Source of the DNA: Acidobacteriota bacterium
GTDB taxonomy: Bacteria; Acidobacteriota; UBA6911; RPQK01; JADFOI01
Length of the DNA: 64,000 nucleotides
NCBI GenBank assembly: GCA_963663035.1
Contig: OY760074.1
Location: forward strand, 3,258,967 to 3,322,966
Reading direction: 5' to 3'
The notes below the pieces were generated by a model. That model did not search any database. It had not been told where the DNA came from and saw only the letters and a program-made list of their open reading frames with translations. Both the position numbers and the translations under genes were made by a program. Below, one piece after another: positions 36,944-48,229 of this stretch (positions are counted from its first letter, which is position 1; every line of letters begins with the position of its first letter).

Positions 36944-39900
36944 AAAGAAAAGTGCGGGCACCCAGGGTAAGACTGAATAGAGCAGGCACCAGGAAGATGG
37001 TGAAGATGGTGGAAACAACCATACCACCGATGACGACACCACCCAGACCTCGATAGAGTTCCGAACCGGCCCCCGGGAAAAGAACCAGCGGCAGCATCGC
37101 TAGAACGCTGGTGGAAACACTCATGAAAATGGGCCGAATGCGGTTTTCCACAGCTTTTCCAATGGCTTCGTCCGAAGGCAGCCCTTCTTCACGAATGTGG
37201 TTGAGTGACTGGTGGACGATCAAAATCGCATTATTCACGACTGTACCAATCAGGATGATGAAGCCCAGCATGGTCAGAACATCCATCGGCTGATAGGTCA
37301 GAAAAAGATTGATGGCCTTCAGCCCGAGAAAGCCTCCCAAGGCTGCCAATGGTACGCTAAACATGATCACGAAGGGATAGAGAAAACTCTCGAACAGAGC
37401 CGAAAGTAAGAGATAGGTAATCACCAAAGCCAGAATCATATTCAACTGGAGGGCACGGCCGGCCTGGGCCAGCTTGTCGGCGGTTCCGCTGAGGGACACG
37501 CGGTATAGACCGCCCAATTGGCCAGCCTCCGTCATGGGTCCGAGAACTTGCTCTTCGATCAGCTCCATCGCCAATTCGATGGGCATCCGTTCGGCTGGGT
37601 TCACGCGCAGCGTAATGACTCGCTCCCGCTCACGGTGGTTGATCTGTACCGGTCCATCGACTCGGGAAATCTCTGCCACTGAACCAAGCGTGACCAGCTG
37701 CCCCGATGGAGTGGCGATGGGCAGCTGCTCAAGCAAATGGGTGCGTCTCTCGTAATCCTCCTCCAACATGATCTTCAGATCGATTTCCTGGCTCTGGTAT
37801 CGAAAATCACTGGCTTTGACTCCGTCAATGAGTGCGCTGACCGTAAAGCCGAGATCCCGATTGGAAAGGCCCACTTCAGCCGCTCTTTGTCGGTGGATCA
37901 ACACTTGAAGTTCGGGGTTTCCAAGGTCCAGACTCGGAATGGGAAGGATCTGGGCATCCGGCATGATTCCCAGCAGCCTGCCAAATGCCTCGCCCCCCAG
38001 CTCAATGAGTCTTTCCAGCTCGGGGCCCGTAAATTCGATGTCGATGTTTCGCCCCTCGTTCATGGCGGTCTGAAAAATACTGTACTGGCTGAGTACCACA
38101 AACGACCCGGGAAGCTGGAAACCGACCTTCTGAAACTCTGGAAGCAGTTCCCGAACCCGCAGCGGATCGCGCGATTGCACTCCCATGAAAGCACTGTCAC
38201 TCAGGGCCACGGTAAAGAACCCACTGATGCCGCCCCCCGGCTGGGCCTCAGCTTCAGGGGAACCGGGTGTACTTTCCCACAGATGTGAGAGCGCCTGCAC
38301 ATAGGGTTGGCGCATCTCGGCGACTTGATCCACGCTGTAGCCTGGCGGGGGAAGGATGAAACCGAACAGGAAGTTCTGATTTCCCACCGGTAGATACTCT
38401 GCACTGGGCATGAGCCGATAACTGAATCCGAGGGCGGCAGCGGTTAAAATGACGATCACCGCCAGGCGCGCCAGTGTCGATCTGTTGATCCAGGTGACGA
38501 CATGGACGATCAGGCGGGTAAAGGCCCGGCCTGGGTGGAACCTTCTCCAGGTGCTGGAAGGAACACCAGCATCGGACTTGTTCGTTCCCGCTTTCAGGAT
38601 TTTAGCCGACAGGGAAGGGATCACGGTGATGGAAACGATCAAACTCAGTCCCACTGCACAGGTGACAGCGATGGCGATGTCGCCAAAGAGTTGACCCACT
38701 TCCTCCTGCATGAAAGCTATCGGCAAAAAGACGGCGATGGTGGTCAGGGTGCTGGCCAGAACCGCCCCCCACACTTCTCTGGTGGCCTCAAAGGCTGCCC
38801 TCCGGCGAGACTCTCCACCCTGGCGATGGCGATGGATGTTCTCCAGCACCACGATGGAGTTGTCCACCACCATGCCAACGGCAAAAGCCAGACCCGCCAT
38901 ACTGACCACGTTCAGTGTCCGTCCGAACCAGTACATCATCAGCAGGCTGCCGACAAGGCTGATGGGAATGGCCACAGAGATGATCAGTGTGGAGGAAAAG
39001 CTGCGCAAAAAGAGAAGCAGTACCAGGATAGCCAGAATCCCCCCAATAAAGAGGCTCTGACTAACCAGCTCTATAGCGCTGTGGATGTATTCTGTCTGGT
39101 CGTAGACCTGGGCCAACTCCAAGCCCCGGCCAGCCAGCAGGTCGCCGTTAAGGCGCTCGACGGTCTGCTTCACTTCGGCCATCACCTGGAGGACGTTTGC
39201 GCCGGGCGTCCGGATGGCGTTGAGGATGATGATCTCTGTGCCCATCATAAAGACCCTGGCCGCCGGTTTGCGGAAGCCGAGTTCGGCCCGAGCCACATCT
39301 CTTAGGTAGACGGGAATCCCGTTGCGAACCGCCACAACAATGTTTTCGATATCTTCGGTCGAGCGATATTCGCCTACCGTGCGAACGATATAACGGCGTT
39401 TTCCCTCCTCGAAGTCGCCGCCGCTGTAGTTGCGATTTTCCCGGTCCAAAGCGTCGCCCAGTTCATTGATCGTCACCCGGCGAGCGGCCAGCTCCGCAGG
39501 ATCGAAGATGACCTGCATTTCACGCGGCTCTCCCCCGTAGAAGTTGGACTGGGCCACTCCGGGAACCCGTTCCAGCTCGGGCTTTATCGAATCGTTCACA
39601 AAGTCATACAGTGAGACAATATCTCCCACAAAACCGCTCTCTTGAGTGGGGCGAAGCGCGAACCAGGCCATGGCACTTTCGTCAACATTGGTAGTGGCGA
39701 GAACCGGCTTTTCCGCGTTATCCGGATAGGCGGGAACCTGTTCTAGCCGATTGGCGACCTGCAAGAGCGCGGTATCGCTCCTGGTGCCCACCACGAAGGT
39801 CAGGGTCAGGGTACCCGTGCTGTCACGGCTGGAACTCTCCATTTTGACCAGGCCTTCCAGCGATTTCAGCTGTTCCTCCTGCTCATCAATGATCTCGTGC

Positions 39901-40079
39901 TCAATTTCCTGGGGACTTGCTCCTGGCCAGAGAGTGGTGACCAAGACCCGGGGAAGTTCAACCTCGGGAGTCAACTGGACTGGAATTTGGGTCAAGGCCA
40001 GCCCGCCGAACAAGAGCATCAGGATCACGCCCACGGCCGTCGTCACGGGATAACGGATGGATTCCTGGATGATCTTCAC
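36900..40079 (-). CDS. RND efflux transporter permease (AcrB/CzcA family); last ~14 codons and the stop lie inside repeat G
   Basis: 1059 aa, 12-TM RND topology, typical AcrB family architecture. Confidence 0.85.
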   Translation of the reverse strand: MKIIQESIRYPVTTAVGVILMLLFGGLALTQIPVQLTPEVELPRVLVTTLWPGASPQEIEHEIIDEQEEQLKSLEGLVKMESSSRDSTGTLTLTFVVGTRSDTALLQVANRLEQVPAYPDNAEKPVLATTNVDESAMAWFALRPTQESGFVGDIVSLYDFVNDSIKPELERVPGVAQSNFYGGEPREMQVIFDPAELAARRVTINELGDALDRENRNYSGGDFEEGKRRYIVRTVGEYRSTEDIENIVVAVRNGIPVYLRDVARAELGFRKPAARVFMMGTEIIILNAIRTPGANVLQVMAEVKQTVERLNGDLLAGRGLELAQVYDQTEYIHSAIELVSQSLFIGGILAILVLLLFLRSFSSTLIISVAIPISLVGSLLMMYWFGRTLNVVSMAGLAFAVGMVVDNSIVVLENIHRHRQGGESRRRAAFEATREVWGAVLASTLTTIAVFLPIAFMQEEVGQLFGDIAIAVTCAVGLSLIVSITVIPSLSAKILKAGTNKSDAGVPSSTWRRFHPGRAFTRLIVHVVTWINRSTLARLAVIVILTAAALGFSYRLMPSAEYLPVGNQNFLFGFILPPPGYSVDQVAEMRQPYVQALSHLWESTPGSPEAEAQPGGGISGFFTVALSDSAFMGVQSRDPLRVRELLPEFQKVGFQLPGSFVVLSQYSIFQTAMNEGRNIDIEFTGPELERLIELGGEAFGRLLGIMPDAQILPIPSLDLGNPELQVLIHRQRAAEVGLSNRDLGFTVSALIDGVKASDFRYQSQEIDLKIMLEEDYERRTHLLEQLPIATPSGQLVTLGSVAEISRVDGPVQINHRERERVITLRVNPAERMPIELAMELIEEQVLGPMTEAGQLGGLYRVSLSGTADKLAQAGRALQLNMILALVITYLLLSALFESFLYPFVIMFSVPLAALGGFLGLKAINLFLTYQPMDVLTMLGFIILIGTVVNNAILIVHQSLNHIREEGLPSDEAIGKAVENRIRPIFMSVSTSVLAMLPLVLFPGAGSELYRGLGGVVIGGMVVSTIFTIFLVPALFSLTLGARTFLLARVSHTRSTASAQ

Positions 40080-41146
40080 GGTAAAGGATACTCCAGCTGC
40101 TCGGCTCGGACTCGCTGACCGTCCTGCAGGCGTTCATTTCCCTGGGTGACAACCTTGTCACCCTGAAGCGTCCCTTCTACCTGCACCCACCCTCCAACTC
40201 CAACCCCGCTTCGAACCGCGGTGCGGCGAACCGAATCGTCTTCGTTCAACAGGTAGACAAATTGCTGTGTACCTTGGGTGACGACGGCATCCTTGGGAAC
40301 GAGCGTACCGGTGTAGGGGTCGCCCATGGGAAGGGTGACGCGGGCCAGCATGCCGACTGCAATCCGACCCTGGGGATTGGAAAGACTCAGCTTAATGGGT
40401 AAGGTGCGTGCCTGTGGATCGGCCCGCGGGATGATGCTCTGGACCTGGCCGTCGAACTCTATTCCCAGCAGTGACTCGAAGCTGATCCGGACTGGCGCTT
40501 TCATGCTGAGGGCATCAAAGTATCGCTCCGGAAGGTCCACTGACACCTCCAGCTGCTCCAGCGACAACAACTCCACCACCGCTCCTCCTGCTTCCAGCCA
40601 CTCGCCGACCTGGGTACTTTCGACAACCACCACCCCGTCATAGGGGGCACGGATGGTCGTCTGTTCAATGTCGTGCTTGAATTGCTCGATCTCTGCCCTG
40701 AGCCGTTCAATTCGGCCCTGCCAGGCATTAAATTCGAAAAGGGCGTCGTCCAGCTGCTGTCGGCTGTAGACTCCGCCTTCGGACAGCTCGCGAGCTCGCT
40801 CGAGTGTCCTCTCGGCCAGCTTTTGGCGGGCTTCGTCTTCCTTCAGTTGGGCCACCGCCGCACGCAGCCGCAGTTCCAGACTGGTTTGTCGAAGCTGGGC
40901 CAGAACCTGTCCTTGTTTGACCTCCTGGCCTTCCCGAGCCAGGAAACTCTCAACCACGCCCGAGATTTCGCCGGCCACCGTACTGACCAGTCGCGACTCC
41001 ACCGTGCCAGGCAGTCGCACCGATGGCTTGATGAGCTGAGAACGAACTTCGGTGAACCGAATCAAGACCCCTTCGGGGGCTTGCCCCAGGACAGGGAGCA
41101 GAGTGAAGCTCAAGAAGAGGCCGAGTCGAAACACCGAGAAAAGCAT
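40076..41146 (-). CDS. RND efflux periplasmic adaptor (HlyD/MFP family)
   Basis: Signal anchor, coiled-coil ...LELRLRAAVAQLKEDEARQ..., 4-bp overlap with the pump gene. Confidence 0.8.
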   Translation of the reverse strand: MLFSVFRLGLFLSFTLLPVLGQAPEGVLIRFTEVRSQLIKPSVRLPGTVESRLVSTVAGEISGVVESFLAREGQEVKQGQVLAQLRQTSLELRLRAAVAQLKEDEARQKLAERTLERARELSEGGVYSRQQLDDALFEFNAWQGRIERLRAEIEQFKHDIEQTTIRAPYDGVVVVESTQVGEWLEAGGAVVELLSLEQLEVSVDLPERYFDALSMKAPVRISFESLLGIEFDGQVQSIIPRADPQARTLPIKLSLSNPQGRIAVGMLARVTLPMGDPYTGTLVPKDAVVTQGTQQFVYLLNEDDSVRRTAVRSGVGVGGWVQVEGTLQGDKVVTQGNERLQDGQRVRAEQLEYPLP

Positions 41147-41201
41147 GACATTTACTCAAGATAAATTGCTCACTACACAGTTCCAATCAGGAGACCCCAT
41201 T

Positions 41202-42047
41202 CTACATGGGTTCATCTTCCCTGGCATTCTCCCAAACGAACTTGAGCAAACGGTAGAACTCGACTGTGCCTTCCTTGAGGTGTCCAAGCCGAATGGTTTG
41301 GCCAATGCGAAGACGAACCACGATGCCTTCGCCTCCTTGTTCACCGAGACCGATCCAGCTGATTTCCGCATAAGGGATTTCAGAGAGTTTTAGCAAGTAC
41401 GTGACCATCAAATTCTCAGCGGTGACCGTGACTCGTCTGACACCAGGCCCCAGGGTACTAACCATGAGCGCCAAAAAGGCCCCTACCAGGAGCAAGTCAC
41501 CTCCGGTCGCCCCCTCGCACCACATCCAGAACATCGCAACAGTCAAAGCGACCACTAAACCTACCGTGAAAGAGGCGCGAACACCCGCATCTCGGTGAAA
41601 CTCTCTCGGTAGCGACGAGTTTAGTGCGAGATTTTCAGTACGTTCCACGATTAGATCTCGCAGACGGTGGAAATTTTCCAACGCGTAATCCAGCATCACG
41701 GACCTTCCCTGGGCATCGGTCACCCTTAGTCTGGTCGTCTTGTGTTTCACACTTCGGATATCGAGCCACTTCAGGTGAGTTTTCTGACCGCGCACGACAT
41801 GAGTGACTCCGCTATCATCCGCCACCACGTAGTCATCAACATGTCTCAGACCCCAGGCTACCAGCCCACTCAAGCCTAGAGCTATTAAGGCCAGGGGCGC
41901 GATTGTCCAGCTGTTCTCTTTCGGATCAAGGACTGGCAGGAGAAAAGTATAGACAGTCAGAGCTAGAAAAAAGGCAAAGCCGACCCTGAATACCCCTTTG
42001 TACCCCTTCGGAAGCCGAAAGATGTATTGTCGTTCTTCTCTGGTCAT
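41202..42047 (-). CDS. hypothetical membrane protein (bacterial PH-like)
   Basis: Two N-terminal TM helices then soluble domain; C-terminal hydrophobic segment. Confidence 0.4.
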   Translation of the reverse strand: MTREERQYIFRLPKGYKGVFRVGFAFFLALTVYTFLLPVLDPKENSWTIAPLALIALGLSGLVAWGLRHVDDYVVADDSGVTHVVRGQKTHLKWLDIRSVKHKTTRLRVTDAQGRSVMLDYALENFHRLRDLIVERTENLALNSSLPREFHRDAGVRASFTVGLVVALTVAMFWMWCEGATGGDLLLVGAFLALMVSTLGPGVRRVTVTAENLMVTYLLKLSEIPYAEISWIGLGEQGGEGIVVRLRIGQTIRLGHLKEGTVEFYRLLKFVWENAREDEPM

Positions 42048-42759
42048 CGAACGTCAGCGAAGATTCGAAAAGATCTCTGCCCCCTTGTTTCCTGCCCTAT
42101 TAGCTTAGCCGAAGGAGTGCATCGGCTGACGAGTCAGCCTACCTGACAAGGTGATACCCATCACAGCCTGCTAGCCTATCGCTGTGTAGACTGCTCTGGA
42201 GGTTACACCTCGCATCTGTTTCGAAAGTGGACTGTGGATTTGGATAGATGGAAACAGATTCTGTAAACATTCCCAGAGTTACAGTACAGGGGTTATCTCC
42301 TTTAGCGATGGCACTGATTGCGGCCATTCTGGTACCGCTGTTGGAAGTGCTTGTCTTGGATTGGGACCTATTTACGATCATGTTTATCTTCTGACTGGAG
42401 AACGCTGTCGTGGGTCTGTATAAGGCCTTGAAGTTACTTTTTTTCTGTACCTTGGAAAGCTTCTTCCTGAGCCACGGTGTGTCCTTTTCTTATAACTTCG
42501 TTGGGAAGCAGGACTTTCTCCGTACGGAACCCGAAGGGCAAATGATGGCGCCCTATAAGAGGATTGCTTTGATGCATTTCACGGTCCTTTTTGGGGGCAT
42601 CGGCTTTCAAACAGCACGGCGCTAGCTGGCAGGGCTGACAGTTCTTCTTCTCACCAATAGCCAATGAGGTAGAAACACCAGCACATCAATCACCAGTACA
42701 ATGGCCATCATCGTAAGGCTTTGCCCCGCTCTCCTCTGCTCTGACCTGAGTGCCGTTTG

Positions 42760-43038
42760 CTAGCTTGCTTCCCGCTGTCTGGTTTGCTCCTCTTCTGACT
42801 GTTCTGTCGGTCCTACAGGAATCGCTGGAGAAATTCCACGAAATTCTCTAACAGAAGTGGGTCTAAACGCCTCATTTGACTGATGTCTCTCGTATTCGTA
42901 CGCACTGAGGGTAAACTCCGGATTAGCGATCTGTATCAGATCATAAACCCCAATTCCTAGCGCAGTGATCAAGCAGAGCAGTGCTACAAAGCATATGGCT
43001 AAGGCGTAGACTTCAAGAAGTGTTTTTTTCATCATGTG
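42760..43038 (-). CDS. small hypothetical membrane protein
   Basis: MMKKTLLEVYALAICFVALLCLITALGIGV TM helix; low-GC region. Confidence 0.3.
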   Translation of the reverse strand, partial: HMMKKTLLEVYALAICFVALLCLITALGIGVYDLIQIANPEFTLSAYEYERHQSNEAFRPTSVREFRGISPAIPVGPTEQSEEEQTRQREAS

Positions 43039-43255
43039 AGTGCCCATTTCCAAAATCGAACAATGCATCCTACGGTCAGTGAAAAATCTAGCACAAAGCT
43101 CAAGACGTTGACGCTCATTGAAAAGTTTCAAAGGTGAGCCAGCCTTGTCGAATTTCCAACAAAAGTCTTCATCCCTTGTCGCAGAGACACGCAATTTCTA
43201 CCACATTTCTAGCACAGATTCTTATTTACTCCTGTGCTACCATATCCTCATTCCT

Positions 43256-45148
43256 ATGATGCGAAACCGTTCTCGATTCGGCCCGTTTCTCGCCGCGCTG
43301 GTTCTCCTTCTGTTGGCGTCCACGGTCAACGCGCAGGAAGGCGATCGCGCGCAGATCCCGGAGAAGTACACCTGGGATCTCACCCACCTCTATCCCACCA
43401 CCGTCGCCTGGCGTTCGGCCAAGGACGCTCTACAGGCAAAGATCCCCGATCTCGGCGGTTTCAAGGGCCAACTAGCGACCTCAGCGGAAACGCTGGCCGA
43501 CGCGCTCGACAGGATGTACACGCTAGACAAGGATCTGGCGCGACTGGCGGGCTATGCGAGCATGCTGGCCGATCAGGACACACGCGATTCCGAGCACCAA
43601 GGCATGCGGCAGGAGATACAGCAGCTCAGGGCGGCATTCAGGGCCGAGGTCTCGTATTTGCGCCCCGAGATCCTTCGAATCGACACGGTGCGGCTGCAGA
43701 CATTCCTGGCCTCTGAGCCCCGCCTCTCGGTCTACCGCTTCTTCATCGAAAACGTGGTCCGCCGGAGAGCACATGCGCTCGATGATGCGGAAGAGAAAAT
43801 TCTCGCCGACGTGGGGCCCCTCTCAACCTCCGCGTCGAGTATCTTTCGCATCCTGTCCAATGCCGACCTGCCCTACCCGACGGTGACGCTTGGAGATGGC
43901 CGCACTGCCAGGCTCGACCAGTCTGCCTACACCGAGCTTCGCGCGCTGCCGGACCGATCCGATCGCCAGAAGGTGATGTCGTTGTTCTTTCAGACGCTGG
44001 GAAGCTTTGGCCGCACCTTCGGGACCACCATGAACGGCGAGGTCCAGAAGGTAATGTTCTTCGCCAAGACGCGGAACTATACTTCGGCGCTGGAAGCAAC
44101 GCTCGACTGGCCGAATATTCCCGCGTCCGTTTACATGCGGCTGATCGAGGGCGTGAATCGCCACCTGGCTACTTTCCACCGGTATCTGAAACTTCGCAAG
44201 CGGATGATGGGGGTCGACCAGTTCCATTACTATGATCTCTATGCGCCGCTGGTCGGGTCAGTCCAGCTCCGATACACGCCGGAAGACGCCCAGGCTCTCG
44301 TTCTCGCAGCTGTCGAGCCCCTCGGTCTGGACTACGCTGCGGTCGTCGGGCGAAGCTTTCGTGATCGTTGGATCGACTGGTATCCGGCCGAGGGGAAGTG
44401 GGCCGGCGGTTACTCGACCGGTGCCGCTTACGACGTCCATCCCTACATTCTCCTGAACTACAACGGCCAGTACGCGGACGTCAGCACGCTGGCACACGAG
44501 CTGGGTCATTTGATGCACAGCTACTATACGAACAAGACTCAACCATACGCGCTAAAGGCCTACCCGATCTTCGTGGCTGAGGTCGCCTCTACTTTCAACG
44601 AGGTGCTGCTCATGGACCATATGCTGAAGAACATCCGGGACAGGGACACCCGGCTGGCGCTCCTCGGCAATTACCTCGAGAAGGTCAGGACGACGGTGTT
44701 CCGCCAGACGCTGTTCGCCGAGTTCGAGCTGGGCATGCACGAGATGGCCTGGCGTGGCGAGCCCGTGACCGGCGAGGCGCTCTCCAGTCTTTACCTCAAC
44801 ATTACAAGAAGGTACTACGGCCACGACCAGGGTGTTTCGATTGTGGACGACTACGTCGCCCATGAATGGAGCTACGTTCCGCATTTCTACTCGGAGTTCT
44901 ACGTCTTCCAGTACGCCACATCGTTTTCCGCCTCGATAGCGCTGGCCCAGAAAGCCAAAGCGAGCGGACCGGCCGGCGTCGAAGCGACCAAGCGGTTTCT
45001 TGCCTTCCTCGCGTCCGGTGGATCCAAGTATCCGATCGATCTGCTAAAGGACGCGGGCGTCGACATGACGACTGACGAGCCACTAGAGCTCACGATGCGG
45101 GAAATGAACCGGGTCATGGACGAGATGGAGACGCTACTGGCGCCCTGA
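43256..45148 (+). CDS. secreted M3-family oligoendopeptidase (PepF-like)
   Basis: Signal peptide MMRNRSRFGPFLAALVLLLLASTVNA; HELGHLMHSYY zinc motif; GC3 much higher than neighbouring genes. Confidence 0.8.
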   Translation: MMRNRSRFGPFLAALVLLLLASTVNAQEGDRAQIPEKYTWDLTHLYPTTVAWRSAKDALQAKIPDLGGFKGQLATSAETLADALDRMYTLDKDLARLAGYASMLADQDTRDSEHQGMRQEIQQLRAAFRAEVSYLRPEILRIDTVRLQTFLASEPRLSVYRFFIENVVRRRAHALDDAEEKILADVGPLSTSASSIFRILSNADLPYPTVTLGDGRTARLDQSAYTELRALPDRSDRQKVMSLFFQTLGSFGRTFGTTMNGEVQKVMFFAKTRNYTSALEATLDWPNIPASVYMRLIEGVNRHLATFHRYLKLRKRMMGVDQFHYYDLYAPLVGSVQLRYTPEDAQALVLAAVEPLGLDYAAVVGRSFRDRWIDWYPAEGKWAGGYSTGAAYDVHPYILLNYNGQYADVSTLAHELGHLMHSYYTNKTQPYALKAYPIFVAEVASTFNEVLLMDHMLKNIRDRDTRLALLGNYLEKVRTTVFRQTLFAEFELGMHEMAWRGEPVTGEALSSLYLNITRRYYGHDQGVSIVDDYVAHEWSYVPHFYSEFYVFQYATSFSASIALAQKAKASGPAGVEATKRFLAFLASGGSKYPIDLLKDAGVDMTTDEPLELTMREMNRVMDEMETLLAP

Positions 45149-45291
45149 AAAGCCCAAAGGAGTCGGTCCAAATGAAGCGTCCCCACCTCTCCCCGTAAAG
45201 ACGCTTGTCGGAAAAGTAACACTTTAGTCGCTAGACTTTTCTGGCACCTCCCGCTAGGCTTAGGCGGACCAAACTTAAGATAGGAGGTTTC

Positions 45292-45951
45292 ATGACGTTA
45301 CGCATAGGTGCAGAAGCACCCGATTTCAGCGCGGAGACGACAGAAGGGAACATCAACTTTCACGAATGGATTGGGGACGGATGGGCGCTCCTGTTTTCGC
45401 ATCCGAAAGATTTCACCCCGGTCTGCACCACCGAGCTCGGCGCAGTGGCCGGTCTCAAGGGGGAGTTTGAAAAACGTAATTGCAAGATCCTGGGCATCAG
45501 TGTGGATGGTGTCGCTGATCATCAGGCCTGGTCAAAGGACATCGAGGCGTCCCAAGGCCATGCCCTAAACTACCCGTTAATCGGAGATCCCGGACTCAAA
45601 GTGGTCAAGCTTTACGACATGTTGCCGGCTGAGGCGGGCGACACGTGTGAGGGGCGAACGGCGGCCGACAACGCCACTGCCCGGTCGGTTTTCGTGATCG
45701 GTCCAGACAAGAAGATTAAGGCAACGCTCACCTATCCGATGAGTACGGGTCGCAATTTCGTTGAGATTCTCCGTCTATTGGACTCTTGCCAGCTGACGGC
45801 CACCGAGAAGGTAGCGACGCCGGCCAATTGGGAACAGGGCAAGGACGTGATCATCCTTCCGGCGGTGTCCGATGAGGACGCCAAGGCGAAGTACCCAGAC
45901 GGCTGGCAGCAGCCCTTGCCTTACATCCGGATAGTGCCTCAGCCAAAGTAG
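45292..45951 (+). CDS. 1-Cys peroxiredoxin (Prx6-like)
   Basis: FTPVCTTELG peroxidatic motif. Confidence 0.85.
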   Translation: MTLRIGAEAPDFSAETTEGNINFHEWIGDGWALLFSHPKDFTPVCTTELGAVAGLKGEFEKRNCKILGISVDGVADHQAWSKDIEASQGHALNYPLIGDPGLKVVKLYDMLPAEAGDTCEGRTAADNATARSVFVIGPDKKIKATLTYPMSTGRNFVEILRLLDSCQLTATEKVATPANWEQGKDVIILPAVSDEDAKAKYPDGWQQPLPYIRIVPQPK

Positions 45952-46062
45952 TCGAGAATTCGCAAACTGCTGAGAATCTTCCCTGACCCGCTTCGACCAT
46001 CGCTCATCCGGTGACGTTTCGGAAGGCTTTTTCTGGAGGGGAGGGGCCTGCCCCGCACTCTT

Positions 46063-46533
46063 TTACTGCTTATCGAAAACCTCTACCCTGCTAAACGGCT
46101 TACCCTCCGAATTGGTCCCCATCGTTTTGAAGGTGAAGGTTTTTCCATCCAGAGAGACGGAGCGCATAAAAACCGTGATCAACTTCCCGCCCTTCATGGA
46201 CATCCCCTCCAGATTATAGGCATCAATGCGCCTATCCATCGTGGCGTCACTTCTGGGAGAAGGATTTGCCCTGGGGTGCTCTTCGCCGTCGAAAGCGAGT
46301 ATGAGCTCGGTGTGGGACGATTTCCCATTGGCATCAACCGTATCGCGGGTATTCTTATATGTATCTTCGCCCACTGACTCATACTGGTGTACCAGACTCC
46401 GCGGCGCCGGACCCGGGTCGTATATCGATTTGGACAGATTGAGCTTCCAAGTACCGATCAATGGGTCGCTCTGCGCCCAGACACTACTAGCCAGGGCCAG
46501 GAAAGCCACGGCCGCAATTCCGCTGTACTTTTT
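46063..46533 (-). CDS. secreted lipocalin-like hypothetical protein
   Basis: Signal peptide; GTWKLNLSKS motif. Confidence 0.4.
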   Translation of the reverse strand, partial: KKYSGIAAVAFLALASSVWAQSDPLIGTWKLNLSKSIYDPGPAPRSLVHQYESVGEDTYKNTRDTVDANGKSSHTELILAFDGEEHPRANPSPRSDATMDRRIDAYNLEGMSMKGGKLITVFMRSVSLDGKTFTFKTMGTNSEGKPFSRVEVFDKQ

Positions 46534-46675
46534 CATGGGCTGCTCCTTTACAATTTCTCCACGCATAGACTTCACCTGCCCGATAGTCTAGCCTCCTCAT
46601 TAAAATAAAGATACACCTCCGCTTGAGTTTCCTAGGTGGACGAAAAGTGAACGGATGTCTTCACGAAAATGGCTC

Positions 46676-48043
46676 TTATCCTTGAACTTTCTCATCGGTC
46701 TTGAGTGAATACCAATCCACCTTCCGAGTTAGGTACATCACCCCGGCTAAGATCAGGAATAGACCGATTGACCCTACCAGCAGCGCGTAGTCCTGATTTC
46801 TTAGGAGAATGTAGAGATACAAATAGAGCGCTGTCAGGATAAAGCCCATTATCGAAGCGCGCTGTAAGCCGCCAAGGACTGCAGCACTGTACCCAAAGAT
46901 CAGAGCAACGACTGATGCCGTCGCGATAACGTATGCTGCAAGAAAACCGAGCTGTTCCGAAAGCGAGAGCTCAAGCAAATAAAAAAGACACATGCCCGCT
47001 CCTACAAGGAGGTATTGAAGCGAGTGGACGCGAATTCCAGCCAGCACTTCAAAGAGCCATAGTGATCCGAATGTTAGAAAGAGGAAAAGCGCTGAATACT
47101 TTACGCTTCGCTGGGCCATGCGGTAGTGATCGACCGGAGTGATGAGGTTCACACCGAATCGGGAGGCAGAGATTGCTTCGCCGACACTGGAACTGGAATC
47201 CCATTTCTGAGGATAATTCCTGCCAAGAGAAGGGATTTTCCATGTCGCCTCAAATCCATCTTTATCTATCGACCGATCCGTGGGTAGCCAGCTTCCCTGA
47301 AAACTCGGATCACTCCAGGTGGATTCAAGCTGCACGGTCGTATCTCGGCCGAAGGGCACAAAGAAAACGCCGACACTCCCATTGAGGGACAACGAAAAGT
47401 TGAATTCTCCGTTCTCGACTTGTGCAAGCTTTGCTACGGGTGCATGGATCCCGGGATCTGGAACTTCTGACTCACCTGGACCGGGGAGGAAGCCGATTTT
47501 CGATCCGTTCCAGGAGAGTGTTGCCTGCTCTTGAATTGATCGGGCATCAGAGATCTTGACCACCAGGTGCGATCGTTCCCACAAGATCTCGTCTGGCTCC
47601 ACCTCCCAATCGGAGAAGTCAGGTTGTCCAAAATCGCCGCTGAACTCGAGATCCAGCCGGTAGACCGGCACTTCGAAGATGCCCCGATACCGAACTTCGC
47701 TGGCAACCCTTCCGGAGATCGCCAAAGTGTTTGGAAGGAAGTGTGCGTACCCAATCTCGGTTCTTGTACGGGATCCTGTCGATGTCTCCTCAATCCATTT
47801 CTTGAGATACGGAACGATGAGTTTAGGGCCAACGATAGACTGCTCACCGCCCCACTTTCCGGTTACCTCCTCAATTGCCTCCGCGCGGGTCGATTCGCGT
47901 TCGCTGATCACACCACTAATCATCAAAGCTGGAATTTGAAGCAGTAGCACTAAGAAGACGATCAGTAAAATTCGAAGAAGCGGTAAGTTATTTCTTTTCG
48001 GACCGGTCATCGAATCTCCTTGTGGATCTCCAAGCTTGGCCAA
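46676..48043 (-). CDS. creD: inner-membrane protein CreD
   Basis: ISGVISERESTRAEAIEEVTGKWGGEQSIVGPKLIVPY aligns to E. coli CreD N-terminus; C-terminal TM cluster; low GC. Confidence 0.8.
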   Translation of the reverse strand: MAKLGDPQGDSMTGPKRNNLPLLRILLIVFLVLLLQIPALMISGVISERESTRAEAIEEVTGKWGGEQSIVGPKLIVPYLKKWIEETSTGSRTRTEIGYAHFLPNTLAISGRVASEVRYRGIFEVPVYRLDLEFSGDFGQPDFSDWEVEPDEILWERSHLVVKISDARSIQEQATLSWNGSKIGFLPGPGESEVPDPGIHAPVAKLAQVENGEFNFSLSLNGSVGVFFVPFGRDTTVQLESTWSDPSFQGSWLPTDRSIDKDGFEATWKIPSLGRNYPQKWDSSSSVGEAISASRFGVNLITPVDHYRMAQRSVKYSALFLFLTFGSLWLFEVLAGIRVHSLQYLLVGAGMCLFYLLELSLSEQLGFLAAYVIATASVVALIFGYSAAVLGGLQRASIMGFILTALYLYLYILLRNQDYALLVGSIGLFLILAGVMYLTRKVDWYSLKTDEKVQG

Positions 48044-48229
48044 AAATGATTTGCGCCGTAATAAGTGATTCTATCAGTATTACCGGGATCGTAATTTCCG
48101 AAGGCCCTCCTGACACGAGCGTCTTGGATGTGATAGAGCGCGAAGACAAGTTGTCAGGTTGCTCGAAGGTTTGACTCGTGACTTCTTGAGGCACACCTGA
48201 TGCACTCTGTGCCAGGCTGGAGGGAAACA

